This document shows positions 10,393-21,459 of a stretch of 64,000 nt of DNA, piece after piece. Both the position numbers and the translations under genes were made by a program. This DNA comes from Candidatus Krumholzibacteriia bacterium. Its GTDB lineage: Bacteria; Krumholzibacteriota; Krumholzibacteriia; JAJRXK01. The notes under the pieces are model-generated. The model made no database searches, was not told where the DNA came from, and saw nothing but the letters and a program-made list of their open reading frames with translations. Positions within the stretch are counted from its first letter, which is position 1; every line of letters begins with the position of its first letter. The DNA lies in NCBI GenBank assembly GCA_041484665.1, contig JBGPIA010000006.1:32001-96000 (forward strand), read 5' to 3'.

Positions 10393-11537
10393 CGCGCGCC
10401 TCCCTGCTGCGCCGGGTCCGTCTTGACCTGCACTACAGCCCCCGGCACCAGGCGCATCTGGCCGTCCACGACCACGGTCTCACCGGTCTGTAGCCCCTCG
10501 TCCAGCACCGTCGTGCCGCCCACCGTCCGATTCACCTTCACCGCGCGCTTCTCGGCCTTGCCATCGGCCCCGATGACGAACACGAAGGGACCCTGCTGAC
10601 CGGTCACCACCGCGGCGGCCGGCACGGTCATCGCCGCCGGCTCCACGGTGAGGACCAGCTCGGCGTCCACGAACTGCCCGGGCCACAGCAGGCCCTCGTC
10701 GTTGGCGAACTCGGCCTTCAACGTCACGGTGCCCGTGCCCGGATCGACGCTGTTGTCCACGAAGCTGAGGCGCCCTTTCATCTCCACGCCCGTTCCGTCC
10801 CGGGTGGGGCGAACGAGGACCTGCAGGGGAGCCTGCGCGGCGAACTTCTGCACCAGGGGCAGCTGGCTGCCGGGGATCGCGAAGGTCACCCGGATCGGCC
10901 GCAGCTGATTGATCACCACCAGCGGCAGGTCGTTGGCCTTCGCCAGGTTTCCCTTCTTGAGGAGGATGCTTCCGGTGCGCCCGGCGATGGGTGCCGTGAT
11001 GGAGGCGTAGGCCAGGTTGAGCTTGGCCTGCTCCACCGCCGCCGAGTCGGCCAGGACGGCGGACTTGAAGACATCGGCCTGCGTCCGCGCCGCGTCGTAC
11101 TGCTCCTTCGTGACGAAGTCCTTGGCCACGAGCCGCTCGTAGCGCGCGGCCTGGGTCTGCGCGTTGGCGGCCTGGGCGCTGTCCTTGGCGAGCTGCGCCG
11201 CAGCCGCCTCGAGCGCCGCCGCCAACGGCCGGCTGTCGATCTGGAAGAGGAGCTGCCCCGCTTTGACGTCCTCTCCCTCCGCGAACCCCGCGCGCGTGAT
11301 CACGCCACTGATCTGCGCCTTGACGGCGACCGACTCGATGGGCTCGACACTGCCCACCGTCAGCAACGACATCGACACGGGTTGCACCTTCGCAGTAGCG
11401 GTGACCACCGGTACGGGCGGCACTTCGCTCTTCTTCGCCCCGCTGCAGGCCAGCGCGAGCACGGCGCCCGCAGCCGCCGCGATGCCAGTGCGCGCGGACC
11501 GGGAGAGCGCGCTCCAGACGGGCGTGCTCGGGGTCAT
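10389..11537 (-). CDS. RND periplasmic adaptor (MdtA-like membrane fusion protein)
   Basis: Lipobox LALAC, EGEDVKAGQLLFQID, ITAPIAGRTG, TGTVTLKAEF..LWPGQFV; ATGA overlaps on both sides. Confidence 0.92.
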   Translation of the reverse strand: MTPSTPVWSALSRSARTGIAAAAGAVLALACSGAKKSEVPPVPVVTATAKVQPVSMSLLTVGSVEPIESVAVKAQISGVITRAGFAEGEDVKAGQLLFQIDSRPLAAALEAAAAQLAKDSAQAANAQTQAARYERLVAKDFVTKEQYDAARTQADVFKSAVLADSAAVEQAKLNLAYASITAPIAGRTGSILLKKGNLAKANDLPLVVINQLRPIRVTFAIPGSQLPLVQKFAAQAPLQVLVRPTRDGTGVEMKGRLSFVDNSVDPGTGTVTLKAEFANDEGLLWPGQFVDAELVLTVEPAAMTVPAAAVVTGQQGPFVFVIGADGKAEKRAVKVNRTVGGTTVLDEGLQTGETVVVDGQMRLVPGAVVQVKTDPAQQGGAR

Positions 11538-13021
11538 GGCTTCACCTCGGGTTGGAGGATGTGAGGCGCAATGGGGTTCTCCCCGTGGATGCCCAGCAGG
11601 CCCGTATCGCGGGCGAGCTGGGCCAGGGCCGTGAACCAGCCCAGCCGCGCGTTGATCTGCTGCGCCCTGGCCACGGCCAGCGTGCGCTGCGCCGAGAGCA
11701 GGTCCAGGATGTCGCCCACACCTTCCTTGTACCGTCCCAGGGCCACTTGCTCCGATTCCTGGGCGCTCGCCAGCAGGTCGTTGGTCGTCGCCACGCGCTC
11801 GGTGGCGGTGAGGAAATCGCTGTGGGCGGCAAACACCTCGTAGATCACCTGCTGCTCCAGTCCCCGCGCCCGCTCGCCGGCGGCTTCCGCTTCCGCCTTG
11901 GATTGCAGCAGGTCGTACTGTCGCGAAAAGCCCGTGAAGAGTGGGACGTGCAGCAGCAGGGCTCCCGCGTAGCGGTCGTAGGCGTTGGGCACGTCCTGTG
12001 TCCAGGTCCACCCCGCCGATCCCGAGAGTGACAGGGACGGCAACCGATCGGAGTTCGCGCGTTTGACCCTGGCATCGAACTCCAGGGCGGTAGCCCTGGC
12101 TGCCTGCAGATCGGGCCGGCTGGCGATGGCCTTGTCGATGAGATCCTCCACGTCATGCGCGACGGCATCGGGGGGGATGTCCGGTGCGTGGACCTCGATG
12201 TCGAACGGCACATTCGCCGGGTAGCCCATGGAGACGGCCAGCGCGCCCCTGGTGGTCCGCACCTGCCCCTCGGTCGTCTGGACGTCCAGCTTGACTTGCG
12301 AGTAGGCCGTCTTGGCCTGGAGCACGTCCGCGATGGTGGCCAGCCCCACCTCGTGTCGTTCCTGAGCGGCCATGAGGCTGGAATCGGCTTCGGCGAGGGA
12401 CGCGCGGTTGGCGTCGAGAATCGCCTTGGCCCCTGCGTAATTGTAGAACGCCACCTCCACCGTCAGCACCCGGTTCTGCAGCACGGCATTGTGGGTCCAG
12501 TCCGCCGCCAGCAATGCCTGCTTGGACTCCTCCACGTCGCCCGCGCGCCCCCCGAAGTCCAGCAGCAGGTACGAGAGGCTCACGGTGGGGCCGTAGACGG
12601 TGGTGTAGGACGACGAGGCGTCCGACGCCCGGGAGCCCGAGTTTCCCTGGACCGACGAGCCGTTCGAGCGCGACAGCGTGCCATCGACGCTCACGGTCGG
12701 GTAGTAGGCGCCCTTCGCCGAGCCATAACCCGCCGCCGCGGCTTTGGCGTCGGCCCAGGCGGCGCGCGTGGCGGGGTTGTTCTGCAAGGTGATGTCCACG
12801 ACCTCGGCCAGCGTGAGGTGGTCGAGCTTCGCCTGCATCTGCTCCACCGGCACTGCGGGGCCTGTGCGCTGCGTAGCCCCTGCGTGTCTCGGGGGCGGGA
12901 TCCAGGGTGTCGCCGGCGACGGTGACGCGCCCCGCACGCCGTCCACTTTGGGCGGATTGTGCGCGCATCCAAAGCACAGCGCGAGCGCCGCCAGCGAGCC
13001 GATCGGGCCGACCGCTCTCAT
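11534..13021 (-). CDS. TolC-family outer membrane efflux lipoprotein
   Basis: Lipobox-like LCFGC, LQNNP, YYPTVSV, LLDFGGR, GLATIADVLQA, RYKEGVGDILDLL. Confidence 0.92.
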   Translation of the reverse strand: MRAVGPIGSLAALALCFGCAHNPPKVDGVRGASPSPATPWIPPPRHAGATQRTGPAVPVEQMQAKLDHLTLAEVVDITLQNNPATRAAWADAKAAAAGYGSAKGAYYPTVSVDGTLSRSNGSSVQGNSGSRASDASSSYTTVYGPTVSLSYLLLDFGGRAGDVEESKQALLAADWTHNAVLQNRVLTVEVAFYNYAGAKAILDANRASLAEADSSLMAAQERHEVGLATIADVLQAKTAYSQVKLDVQTTEGQVRTTRGALAVSMGYPANVPFDIEVHAPDIPPDAVAHDVEDLIDKAIASRPDLQAARATALEFDARVKRANSDRLPSLSLSGSAGWTWTQDVPNAYDRYAGALLLHVPLFTGFSRQYDLLQSKAEAEAAGERARGLEQQVIYEVFAAHSDFLTATERVATTNDLLASAQESEQVALGRYKEGVGDILDLLSAQRTLAVARAQQINARLGWFTALAQLARDTGLLGIHGENPIAPHILQPEVKP

Positions 13022-13650
13022 GTCCGCCTCCCGGCGCCGACCCGCCGCGTGGAGATGCCGTTGAGGAACACATCGAGCAGCATGCGCGCGTCCTCCTCCA
13101 CGGGAGCCGGCGCCTCTTGCAGCAGGCGCTGGGCGATCATGGCGACGTCCGCCTCGATCAGCATGGCCGCCAGCTTGAACGGGTCCAGCGGGCGGAAGAC
13201 GCCGGCCTGCGACCCCTCACGGAACGCCCCCGCGAGTTTATCCATATAGGCCCGGAAGCGCGCGCTCTGTTGGCGGCGCAACGTGGTCTCGGCGAGTTGA
13301 CGGTCCCACAGCAGTACGCGGAAGAAATCGCGGTGCTCGTCGAAGTAGCCGAGGTGGCGCGACACGAACTGCTGGAGCTTTTCCCGCGCGGGCAGCTGCC
13401 CGTCGAGGATGGCAAAGAGTTCCTCGCGCATGGGGCTGAGGCTCTCCTCCTTGACGGAGGCCAGCAGCTGCTTCTTGTCCCGGAAGTAGAGGTAGAGGGT
13501 CCCCTTGGCCACTCCGGCCTCGGCCGCCACGCGCTCCATGGTGAGCGCCTGCGCACCGTCGCGCGAGAGGATCCGGACCACGGCGTCCTGGATCCCGCGC
13601 CGGCAGAGCGCCTCCCACTCGGATTTCCGCCGCTTGCGCGTCGCGAGCAC
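13018..13650 (-). CDS. TetR/AcrR family transcriptional regulator
   Basis: HTH TMERVAAEAGVAKGTLYLYFRDKKQLL; GTG start after GGGGAG; overlaps the tolC start. Confidence 0.92.
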   Translation of the reverse strand: MLATRKRRKSEWEALCRRGIQDAVVRILSRDGAQALTMERVAAEAGVAKGTLYLYFRDKKQLLASVKEESLSPMREELFAILDGQLPAREKLQQFVSRHLGYFDEHRDFFRVLLWDRQLAETTLRRQQSARFRAYMDKLAGAFREGSQAGVFRPLDPFKLAAMLIEADVAMIAQRLLQEAPAPVEEDARMLLDVFLNGISTRRVGAGRRT

Positions 13651-13680
13651 GTTGCGCTCCCCCCCATCCGCCGGGACCCA

Positions 13681-13725
13681 GACTGACCGCCCAGTCACGA
13701 AATAGACAGGATGGTCATCTGTCAA
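13681..13725 (-). promoter_or_regulatory. Probable promoter/operator of the TetR-efflux operon
   Basis: TTGACA on the minus strand (13720-13725); palindromes GACTG-N6-CAGTC (13681-13696) and GACAG..CTGTC (13705-13723). The -10 element is weak. Confidence 0.6.
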
Positions 13726-13864
13726 GGCGCCGCAGGGGAGGACGACCGCGGCCACCGGCGCGCGGTGGCGCGCGCCCGCCGCGCGGGATCGTACGCCAGC
13801 GGGGTGCCGCGGTCCGCAGCACCCCGCCGGTTCGACGCCGACCGGCCGGCGCTTTGGGCACGGA

Positions 13865-16750
13865 TCAGTGCAGCAGGATCACCTTCCGGGTGAGGAGTTG
13901 CTCGCCGGCCGCGAGGCGAATCAAGTAGAGGCCGCGCGACACGCTGGCGCCGGCCGTATCGCGCCGGTCCCACTCCAGCACGAACTCCCCGGCGGCCTGC
14001 GGCCCTTCGGCGAGTGTCTGCACGTGGCGGCCGCGCGCGTCGAAGACCTCGAGCCGCACGTGCGTCGCGCCACGCGCGAGGCTATAGCGGACCTGCACCG
14101 AATTGGTGCCATCCACGGGCTCCTCGAGCGCCGTGCGGTACTGCGCGCCGCTCCCGGTAACCTTCAACGGCTCCAGGGCGACCGGGTCGCCCTCGTGCAG
14201 CTGCAGCACCAGCTGATACCAGTATGCTCGGCCGCTCTCCACCGCGGAGTCCACGAACTCCATCTGCGCGGCCGGCACCAGCGGGTCCGCGGTGCGCGCG
14301 AGCCACGGGCCGTTCGCCGACTCGGCGCGCTGCACCAGGATGCCCGTCACGGCGGTCTGCGCCGCGCTCGCCAGACTCCAGGTGAGGCGCACGCGGCCGT
14401 CGCTCGCGGTCGCGGAAAGACCCGCGACGGTGACGGGAACTGGGCGTTCGATCCGGAAACAGATGACCGGGTCGCAGCCGGGGTCGTAGGCCAGGTTCGG
14501 GATGGCGTCGATCACCATCCGATACGTCCCAGGCGCGTAGCAGGCGAATTGCTCGTTGCTGATGTTGCCGGACGCGTCCGTCGAGATGGCGCCCACCGGC
14601 GCCAGCGGGGCGTCCTTGCGCGGGGGTTGGCACGGCTCCGTCGCCGGCTGGACATCGACGTTGTAGTTCCAGTTGGCCCGTAGCGTGCCTCCAGCCGGGT
14701 GCGGCTGGCCATCATTGCCACAAGCGGTGACCGCCACGTTGATCGCCAGCTGGCGGCTGGTCGCGCGGTACACGTCGGTCTCGCCGACCTGCGGGTTGCG
14801 GCCGTCGACGTTGATATCCTCGGCAGCGTCGTAGTCGTTGTCGTTGTCGGAATCGCAGTCGCACTCGGTGCGCAGCAGGTCGCTGTCGACGTCGGAGAAG
14901 CCGATGGCATTGGTGTTGTGCCCCGGATGATCCAGGCTGTGGAACGTGTAGCTGCGGATCTCCAGTCCGTCGGAGATCCCATCCTCGTCGGTGTCCGGGT
15001 CCGAGGGGCTGCTGCAGAAGCGCGTGAGCTCATCCCAGTCCCGCACGCCGTCGGTGTCGAAGTCGCCGGCGACCTCCGGCTCCTGCGCGCGGGCCGCGAT
15101 CCCACGGGCCGGGAGCAGGAAGTAGCCCGCATTGCCCCAGCCGGCGCCGTCGGGCTGCCAGGCGGCGTAGGTGAAGGCGCCCTGCGTTCCCGGCCAAGGG
15201 TTGGCGATGAACACGAGCCGGATCGTCCCGAAGGGCGGGAGGTTGAGCTCGAAGTAGCCATAGAGCAGCGTCGCGTGGTTCTGCCCGTCGATGTAGATGG
15301 GCCGCCCGGCGTCGAGCTCGGTCTTGACGGTGGCGAACGACGGCTTGGATCCGGCCACGCGGGTGATCTGGTTCTGGTTCAGGCCCAGCGCCCAGGCGTA
15401 TACGGGGAAACGCACCGCGAGCGACGTCCCTTGGTTGTGCCCGAGTCCCGGCTCGGCACCGGGGAACAGCTGCAGGGCCACGCGGTCCTGCGACAATGTC
15501 CCGCCGTAACGGTTGTTCACCATCGTGATGACCGCGCGTGTGCAATACATATTGCAGTGCTGGCAGCCGGGCACGTGCTGCACGGTCGTCGGATGTGCGT
15601 CGTTCCAGGGGCCCTGCGCTCCGGCGCCCTCGGTGCAGCCCGGACGGGTGCCGGCGCGGGGGTTGTAGATGCAGAGCAGCTTGGTGTCCTTGTGCTGGAT
15701 CAGCGGTGTGAGGTTCGGGACGACGGTGAGCGGCGCTTTGCCAGCTTCGCCGGACTTCGGAACGTAGGCCCACAGCTTCGCGAAGGACCAGACGGCGTGC
15801 TCCGGCACCAGCGCGCCGCCGGAGTAGACCTGCACGCGCCAGAAGTACAGCCCGTCGGGAAGACCTGCGGTGACGGTGTACTGCGTGCTCGCCGTGTTGA
15901 GGCTGACGTCAGGCGAAGCGAAGGTCGAGTCGGCGTCCACCTGCAGACGGAAGCTGTCGGCGGCCGCGACGGACGCCCAGCGCAGCTCCGGCGACGCAGA
16001 TTCGAGCAAGGCACCGCTGGCGGGAGCGACCTGGACGGCGTTCTGCACAGTCGTACGACCGCCGCTCACGTAGTAGTCGCCCCAGCCGAACTCGCGCCAG
16101 TCGCTTGCGACATCGTGGTCAAAGCCATCTGGGCAGAGCCCCAGTGACGAGAGCTGGCCGAAGGCGGCCAGACTCACGAAATCGCCCGCCGTCCAGATGC
16201 CGGCGTTCACTGCGCTGAGCGCGGAGGCGCCGCCGCCGTAGGGGCCGATGGCAGACCAGGCCACGTAGTCGGCGATGTTGGCTGGCACGGCAGAGCCCGT
16301 GTAGAGCGCGCACTCGTCGGCGCCGGCGTCGAAGATGACGAGACTGTCGCCCTGGGTGAAATAGGTAGCAGCGCCGTCGCTGAAATCGGCGTCATCGCTG
16401 CCCGAGCCGAAGATGACCGTGAGAAACCCCTGCGCAGGGACCGTCCACGCCGGTAGCGTCACGAGGCTCGTACCGGCGGCGTTGGTGAGCGTGAATCCTC
16501 CGACGAGCTCGGGGCCCGGTCCGGTGTTGAAGAGCTCGACGCGGCTTTGGACGAGGTTGCTCTGGGGTCCGATAACCGCGTTCGGCCAGATCTCGTTGAG
16601 GCGCAGATCGGTCGAAGCTGCGCCGGCCATGTCGCTCGCCATGACGACGAGCAGACCGAGCGCCGCTGCAGGCAGCAGCGCGCGCGCGAGGCGCCGTTGC
16701 ACGAGGGTTGGAGCGCCGGTCCCGGGTCGACGCGCTTGCGTTGGCCACAT
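13865..16750 (-). CDS. Large secreted multidomain protein: lamin-tail-like domain, FN3/Ig, C39/papain-like cysteine peptidase-like domain, TSP3-like Ca repeats, FlgD-like C-terminus
   Basis: Signal peptide; LRLNEI..VELFNTG; YFWRVQ; YCTRAVITMV..LSQD, ELDAGRPI..NHATLLYGY..IANPW; DTDEDGISDG; EVFDARGRHV..WDRRDTAG..SRGLY. Confidence 0.75.
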   Translation of the reverse strand: MWPTQARRPGTGAPTLVQRRLARALLPAAALGLLVVMASDMAGAASTDLRLNEIWPNAVIGPQSNLVQSRVELFNTGPGPELVGGFTLTNAAGTSLVTLPAWTVPAQGFLTVIFGSGSDDADFSDGAATYFTQGDSLVIFDAGADECALYTGSAVPANIADYVAWSAIGPYGGGASALSAVNAGIWTAGDFVSLAAFGQLSSLGLCPDGFDHDVASDWREFGWGDYYVSGGRTTVQNAVQVAPASGALLESASPELRWASVAAADSFRLQVDADSTFASPDVSLNTASTQYTVTAGLPDGLYFWRVQVYSGGALVPEHAVWSFAKLWAYVPKSGEAGKAPLTVVPNLTPLIQHKDTKLLCIYNPRAGTRPGCTEGAGAQGPWNDAHPTTVQHVPGCQHCNMYCTRAVITMVNNRYGGTLSQDRVALQLFPGAEPGLGHNQGTSLAVRFPVYAWALGLNQNQITRVAGSKPSFATVKTELDAGRPIYIDGQNHATLLYGYFELNLPPFGTIRLVFIANPWPGTQGAFTYAAWQPDGAGWGNAGYFLLPARGIAARAQEPEVAGDFDTDGVRDWDELTRFCSSPSDPDTDEDGISDGLEIRSYTFHSLDHPGHNTNAIGFSDVDSDLLRTECDCDSDNDNDYDAAEDINVDGRNPQVGETDVYRATSRQLAINVAVTACGNDGQPHPAGGTLRANWNYNVDVQPATEPCQPPRKDAPLAPVGAISTDASGNISNEQFACYAPGTYRMVIDAIPNLAYDPGCDPVICFRIERPVPVTVAGLSATASDGRVRLTWSLASAAQTAVTGILVQRAESANGPWLARTADPLVPAAQMEFVDSAVESGRAYWYQLVLQLHEGDPVALEPLKVTGSGAQYRTALEEPVDGTNSVQVRYSLARGATHVRLEVFDARGRHVQTLAEGPQAAGEFVLEWDRRDTAGASVSRGLYLIRLAAGEQLLTRKVILLH

Positions 16751-17003
16751 GGCATTCCTCCAGTGTCGGAGTGTGGCGAGGGTGGAGGGAGGCCGAACGG
16801 AACTCGGCGCTCCCGCACGCTGCGGGTCGCGGGATACGGGCGGCGACGGACGGGCGGCGGGAACGCCTGCGGACCGCAGGGGGGACCTTCCCGAGAACAG
16901 CTCGAGGGAACCACAGCCGAGCGCGGCGCGTCAAGGTGCCCAGCCAGGATCGGGCGCGGGCCGGCCAGGGTGAGCGCGAGGCGCTGGGCGCCGCGCGCCC
17001 GAA

Positions 17004-17032
17004 TTGACGTCCGGATGCGGCTGCTCTATCTC
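17004..17032 (+). promoter_or_regulatory. Putative sigma70 promoter of the thiC leader
   Basis: TTGACG-N17-TATCTC directly upstream of the TPP aptamer. Confidence 0.5.
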
Positions 17033-17046
17033 TTGTGCGCCACCTC

Positions 17047-17158
17047 TACGGCTGGGGGAGCTTCGGCTGAGAGGCGCGCCGCCCGCGGCAGACTGGCCGT
17101 GGCCTGGCGCGCGACCCCAAGAACCTGAAGTGGATAATCCCACCGCAGGGAAGCCTAA
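17047..17158 (+). ncRNA. TPP (THI-box) riboswitch
   Basis: GGGGAG..GCTGAGA..(P3)..ACCC..GAACCTGA..GGATAATCCC..CGCAGGGAA, upstream of thiC. Confidence 0.92.
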
Positions 17159-17215
17159 GCGCGCCACCGCGCGCGCTCGCCTTCCGCGATGAGATCACGT
17201 CCACTGCTGCAGTGA

Positions 17216-19015
<1,800 letters not shown>

Positions 19016-19290
19016 CCCGGCCGGGTGCCCGCCCAGACCCTCGGCCGCCAGCGCGGGGAGCGCCGCGCCCCGCCCGACCGCGATGCCACCGCAAGCGCCG
19101 CAGCGCATCCCGCCGCGGCGCTTCGCTTTCGCCGCCCGCACGCCCCGGGCCCGCACCGCGCAGAATGAAAAAAAGCGCCCAGCGGCAGAATCTTCCCACC
19201 GGCAGATTGCAAACTGCACTTCGCACGTCAATCGCTTGGAGCGGGAGGACTTGGACGGTTCGCGGATCGCCATGCCCCAGGCCTGGAGGT

Positions 19291-19306
19291 TGGCACGAGG
19301 ACTGCG
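19291..19306 (+). promoter_or_regulatory. sigma54 (-24/-12) promoter of the pilin operon
   Basis: TGGCACG-AGGA-CTGCG with the exact GG-N10-GC spacing, about 70 bp before the first pilin ATG. Confidence 0.7.
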
Positions 19307-19373
19307 AAGGCACCGGTACACGATCCAGAGGGGACAGCAAAACCAGGGCTCCCAGCAATTCGAGGTCCCCGCG

Positions 19374-19847
19374 ATGTTTCGACCTCAGACCCGCAAGCTC
19401 GCTTCATGGCCCCGTTTCGGCGGCGCGCGCGGGTTCAGCATCATCGAGCTCATGGTGGCGATCGCCATCATGGGCATCGCGCTGGCCGTCGCCGCGCCAA
19501 ACTTCAGCCGCAGCCTGCGCACGGCGCGGGCGCAGCGCGCTCAGAACGACCTGGCGTCCGATCTCCGCCTAGCGATGTCCACAGCACGCGCGAGCGGACG
19601 CTCGGTCCAGCTGGTGTTCAGCGCGAACGGCTACATCATCATCGACCCCGGCGACTCCACCGTGTACCGGAACCGCGACTTCGGCACGGACGTGACCTTC
19701 GAGGCGACGTCCGACCCGCTGATCTTCCCGTGGGGGCAGGTGCAGCCGGCCAACGTCTCGATCGGGTGCGTCGCCACGCAGGGCTCCCAGAACCTGAGCA
19801 TCGCGCCTACCGGGCGCCTGACCAACAATGGAGGTCAGCAGCCATGA
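19374..19847 (+). CDS. FimT/FimU (GspH-like) minor pilin
   Basis: Prepilin motif G|FSIIELMV with E5; DLRLAMSTARASG; ends IAPTGR. Confidence 0.85.
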   Translation: MFRPQTRKLASWPRFGGARGFSIIELMVAIAIMGIALAVAAPNFSRSLRTARAQRAQNDLASDLRLAMSTARASGRSVQLVFSANGYIIIDPGDSTVYRNRDFGTDVTFEATSDPLIFPWGQVQPANVSIGCVATQGSQNLSIAPTGRLTNNGGQQP

Positions 19848-20239
19848 GCCGCCGAGCTCTCTTTAGGGCGTTGTGCCGCGCAGGGTTGCGCTGCGCCGGC
19901 CGGTCGGGCTTCAGCGTGGTCGAGATGCTCCTGGTCTTCGCCATCGTGGGCATCGCGATCCTCCCGTTGGCTTCCGTCCAGTTCTACTCGCGGCGAGAGG
20001 TCAACGAGGCCCAGCACCACAGCCAGGCGATCCAGCTGGCGGAGGCGCAATTGGAGCAGATGCGCGCAAGCGGCTTCGGCCAGGCACAGCCGGACACGGT
20101 CCGCAACGGCATCTTCACCACCGCCAGCTCGGTGGTGCAGGTCAGCAACACCCTCCAGCAGCTGCAGGTGACGGTCTCGTGGCAGCATGGCACCATCCCG
20201 CGCGCCATGACCCTCACTTGCCTGCAGTCGTTGAGGTAA
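19844..20239 (+). CDS. PilV-like minor pilin
   Basis: G|FSVVEML with E5, AIQLAEAQLEQMR, LQVTVSW; ATGA overlap with the previous gene. Confidence 0.82.
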   Translation: MSRRALFRALCRAGLRCAGRSGFSVVEMLLVFAIVGIAILPLASVQFYSRREVNEAQHHSQAIQLAEAQLEQMRASGFGQAQPDTVRNGIFTTASSVVQVSNTLQQLQVTVSWQHGTIPRAMTLTCLQSLR

Positions 20240-20243
20240 CGCC

Positions 20244-20894
20244 ATGACGCCTATGCACGACAGCGCAGCCAATCTTCCCGACGGCGCAACCGATCGCCGG
20301 CATCTCGCAGAGAGCCTGCGGGACCGCCGCGGTTTCACCCTGGCCGAAATGATGGTCGGGCTCACGCTGGGGGCCATCGGGTCGGCGGTCCTGTTCAGCA
20401 TCTTCGTCGGCACCCAGTCCGCCTACCTCGACACGCAGAAGATCGTCTTCGGCGGCGGCGACACGCGGGCCGTGCTGGGGTTGATGACGCAGGAGATCCG
20501 CTCCGCCGGCAGCGACGAGCGGAACATCGGCATCCAACGCATCGCCCTCGCGTCGCAGGACAGCCTGCGCCTGATCAGCGACCTCGACGGCAATGGCGTG
20601 ATCGCCGCCGCCTCGGAGCCCGCCGAGAACGTCGTCTATTTCTACGATGCGACCAGTAAGACCCTTGAGCGCGATACCGGCGGCGGTGCCGCCATGCTCA
20701 TGGAGGGCGTCGTGTCGTTCGCGTTCAGGTACCTGGACGCGCAAGGGAACCCCGTGGCGAATGGCGACCTCAATCTGCAGCAGCGCGGTCTGGTGCGCTC
20801 CATCGCCATGAACATGGTGCTCGAGCCCGCGAAGTCGGGCGGCGCGCCTATCCACATGGATACCCTCACTGCGCTGCGCAACGATGTCGATTAG
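20244..20894 (+). CDS. PilW-like minor pilin
   Basis: RRG|FTLAEMMV, MTQEIRSAG, C-terminal LRN. Confidence 0.85.
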   Translation: MTPMHDSAANLPDGATDRRHLAESLRDRRGFTLAEMMVGLTLGAIGSAVLFSIFVGTQSAYLDTQKIVFGGGDTRAVLGLMTQEIRSAGSDERNIGIQRIALASQDSLRLISDLDGNGVIAAASEPAENVVYFYDATSKTLERDTGGGAAMLMEGVVSFAFRYLDAQGNPVANGDLNLQQRGLVRSIAMNMVLEPAKSGGAPIHMDTLTALRNDVD

Positions 20895-20963
20895 CAAGGA
20901 GTCCGACGCAACGCCGTCGTGAACGGCCCGCCAACCGGCACCCCGACCGAGGAATCAGCCGCC

Positions 20964-21449
20964 ATGAGTACTCGAAACCAACACCGCCCGCTCGCCGCAC
21001 TGGCCGCTCATCTTTCGAGCGAGCACGGGATCGGCATGGTCAGCGCCATGCTCGCCCTCAGCCTGCTCGCGGTCTTCGCCCTGGTCGCGGCCGGACTCGC
21101 CATGAATGAGCGCCGGTCGGCCTTCAACGAGGAGGTGCACACCGGTGCTTTCCTCTCGGCCGACTCCGGCGGCGAGGCGGCCATCAACTGGCTGCGGGTC
21201 CGCGAGAGCGCCCCGCCCATCCAGGACTTCGCGACGCTGCGAGTCGCCAACCCCCAAGAGACCGTCCTGCACGGCAGCCAGCGCTACGACTACAGCATCA
21301 GCTTCGTGCAGTGGCGCCCGCGTGCCGGGTACGCGGTCAACACTTACAGGGACTTTATCTACGACGTCGACTCGCGGGGGGAAGCGGGCACGGAAGGCGA
21401 GAGCAACGTCGGTCTGACCGTCAGCAAGATGACCCGTCAGGGTTACTAG
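20964..21449 (+). CDS. PilX-like minor pilin
   Basis: G|IGMVSAM without E5 (typical of PilX), AFLSADSG, position directly before pilY1. Confidence 0.78.
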   Translation: MSTRNQHRPLAALAAHLSSEHGIGMVSAMLALSLLAVFALVAAGLAMNERRSAFNEEVHTGAFLSADSGGEAAINWLRVRESAPPIQDFATLRVANPQETVLHGSQRYDYSISFVQWRPRAGYAVNTYRDFIYDVDSRGEAGTEGESNVGLTVSKMTRQGY

Positions 21450-21459
21450 GAGTCATGCC

